Shown: piece by piece, positions 34,578-35,108 of the stretch
How the letters are laid out: each line of letters begins with the position of its first letter
Numbering within the stretch: the first letter of the stretch is position 1
IMG/VR virus record: IMGVR_UViG_3300020060_000009
Reading direction: 5' to 3' (one strand)
Length of the DNA: 35,108 nt
Source: a virus
Taxonomy: Duplodnaviria > Heunggongvirae > Uroviricota > Caudoviricetes
Translations under genes and position numbers: made by a program
The notes under the pieces: model-generated
Told to the model about the DNA's origin: nothing
The model's input: only the letters and a program-made list of their open reading frames with translations
The model's database searches: none

Positions 34578-35108
34578 ATTTTTCCCTCACAGCTTGCACG
34601 ATTGCATCTGTAACGGTATCAACACCATAAAGTTCACGGAAGTAATTTGCAAATGTCATAAATTCTACAAATGAAGCTTTATCAAATGTAAGAGATACGC
34701 TCATGCTATCACGGAGTTCTGTGTCAGATAGCGCATCACCTGGAGTACGACCGTCTTCCGGAACGCTCTGTACTTCTTCACCAAGTTCATAGAAACGGAT
34801 GCCATCAAAGTTAGTAAGTTCAAAAACTTCTAGTTCTGGAAGCTCATAAGTAGCAATAAAGTTATCAATACCCTCTTGCGTGATCGTACCGTACTGGCTT
34901 GTAATTTGAAGAAGGCGAGCCATAGCTGCATTCATATCAGGCGCTTCAAGAAGCATATAAGGAACTGGTTCATTCCAACCCTCTCTCAATAGAACATGTT
35001 GGCGTTGGTGACCATCAAGGAGCCATTTCTGGCCAGTTTCATCTACCCAAGCTACAAGAGGGATATCAAAACCGTTCTTTTCAATAGCTTTCTTTAGCTT
35101 TGTGTAGT
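34558..35108 (-). CDS. ParB/Sulfiredoxin N-terminal domain protein (5'-truncated by window edge)
   Basis: The frame of ORF 34558-34989 stays open to the edge: YTKLKKAIEKNGFDIPLVAW...LLDGHQR. Confidence 0.8.
   Translation of the reverse strand, partial: YTKLKKAIEKNGFDIPLVAWVDETGQKWLLDGHQRQHVLLREGWNEPVPYMLLEAPDMNAAMARLLQITSQYGTITQEGIDNFIATYELPELEVFELTNFDGIRFYELGEEVQSVPEDGRTPGDALSDTELRDSMSVSLTFDKASFVEFMTFANYFRELYGVDTVTDAIVQAVREKYEDAIR

Noticed and set aside
1-35108. Alternative genetic code (TGA or TAG recoding)
   Set aside because: Long genes are intact under code 11, and TAA, TAG and TGA all act as stops in start-stop overlaps.
1-35108. Host assignment (e.g. Patescibacteria or Actinobacteria from AGAAAGG SDs and the leaderless gene)
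   Set aside because: The clues are suggestive only; there is no host gene, spacer match or tRNA to support it.

Overview
A 35-kb segment of a tailed dsDNA phage (or prophage) genome. It uses standard code 11 and essentially all genes are on the minus strand. In transcription order (right to left) it carries: a ParB-like / TET-JBP dioxygenase / TET-associated glycosyltransferase DNA-hypermodification cassette; one inverted HNH gene; about 18 kb of small early/accessory genes (NinG, HAD phosphatase, GHKL ATPase, HNH, many small membrane and Zn-finger proteins); terminase small and large subunits; portal; a MuF head protein fused to an R-S-E ADP-ribosyltransferase; a self-contained cassette of small genes; a Com-like zinc finger; a dual beta-helix tailspike operon; and the 5' part of a prohead protease-scaffold(-capsid) gene running off the left edge. 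The regulatory layer is unusually readable. There are nine exact TTGTGT-N17-(C/T)ATAAT promoters and three identical TCTGTTATACT elements. There are also four RNA-level candidates: a two-state hairpin that hides the RBS of the tailspike operon directly behind the Com-like gene, a ~90-nt sRNA complementary to a 12-nt RBS shared by four early genes, a ~310-nt pseudoknotted ncRNA, and a tandem boxA-like/hairpin leader. All protein family calls come from motifs recognised by eye and all RNA helices were paired by hand. No database search or folding program was run.
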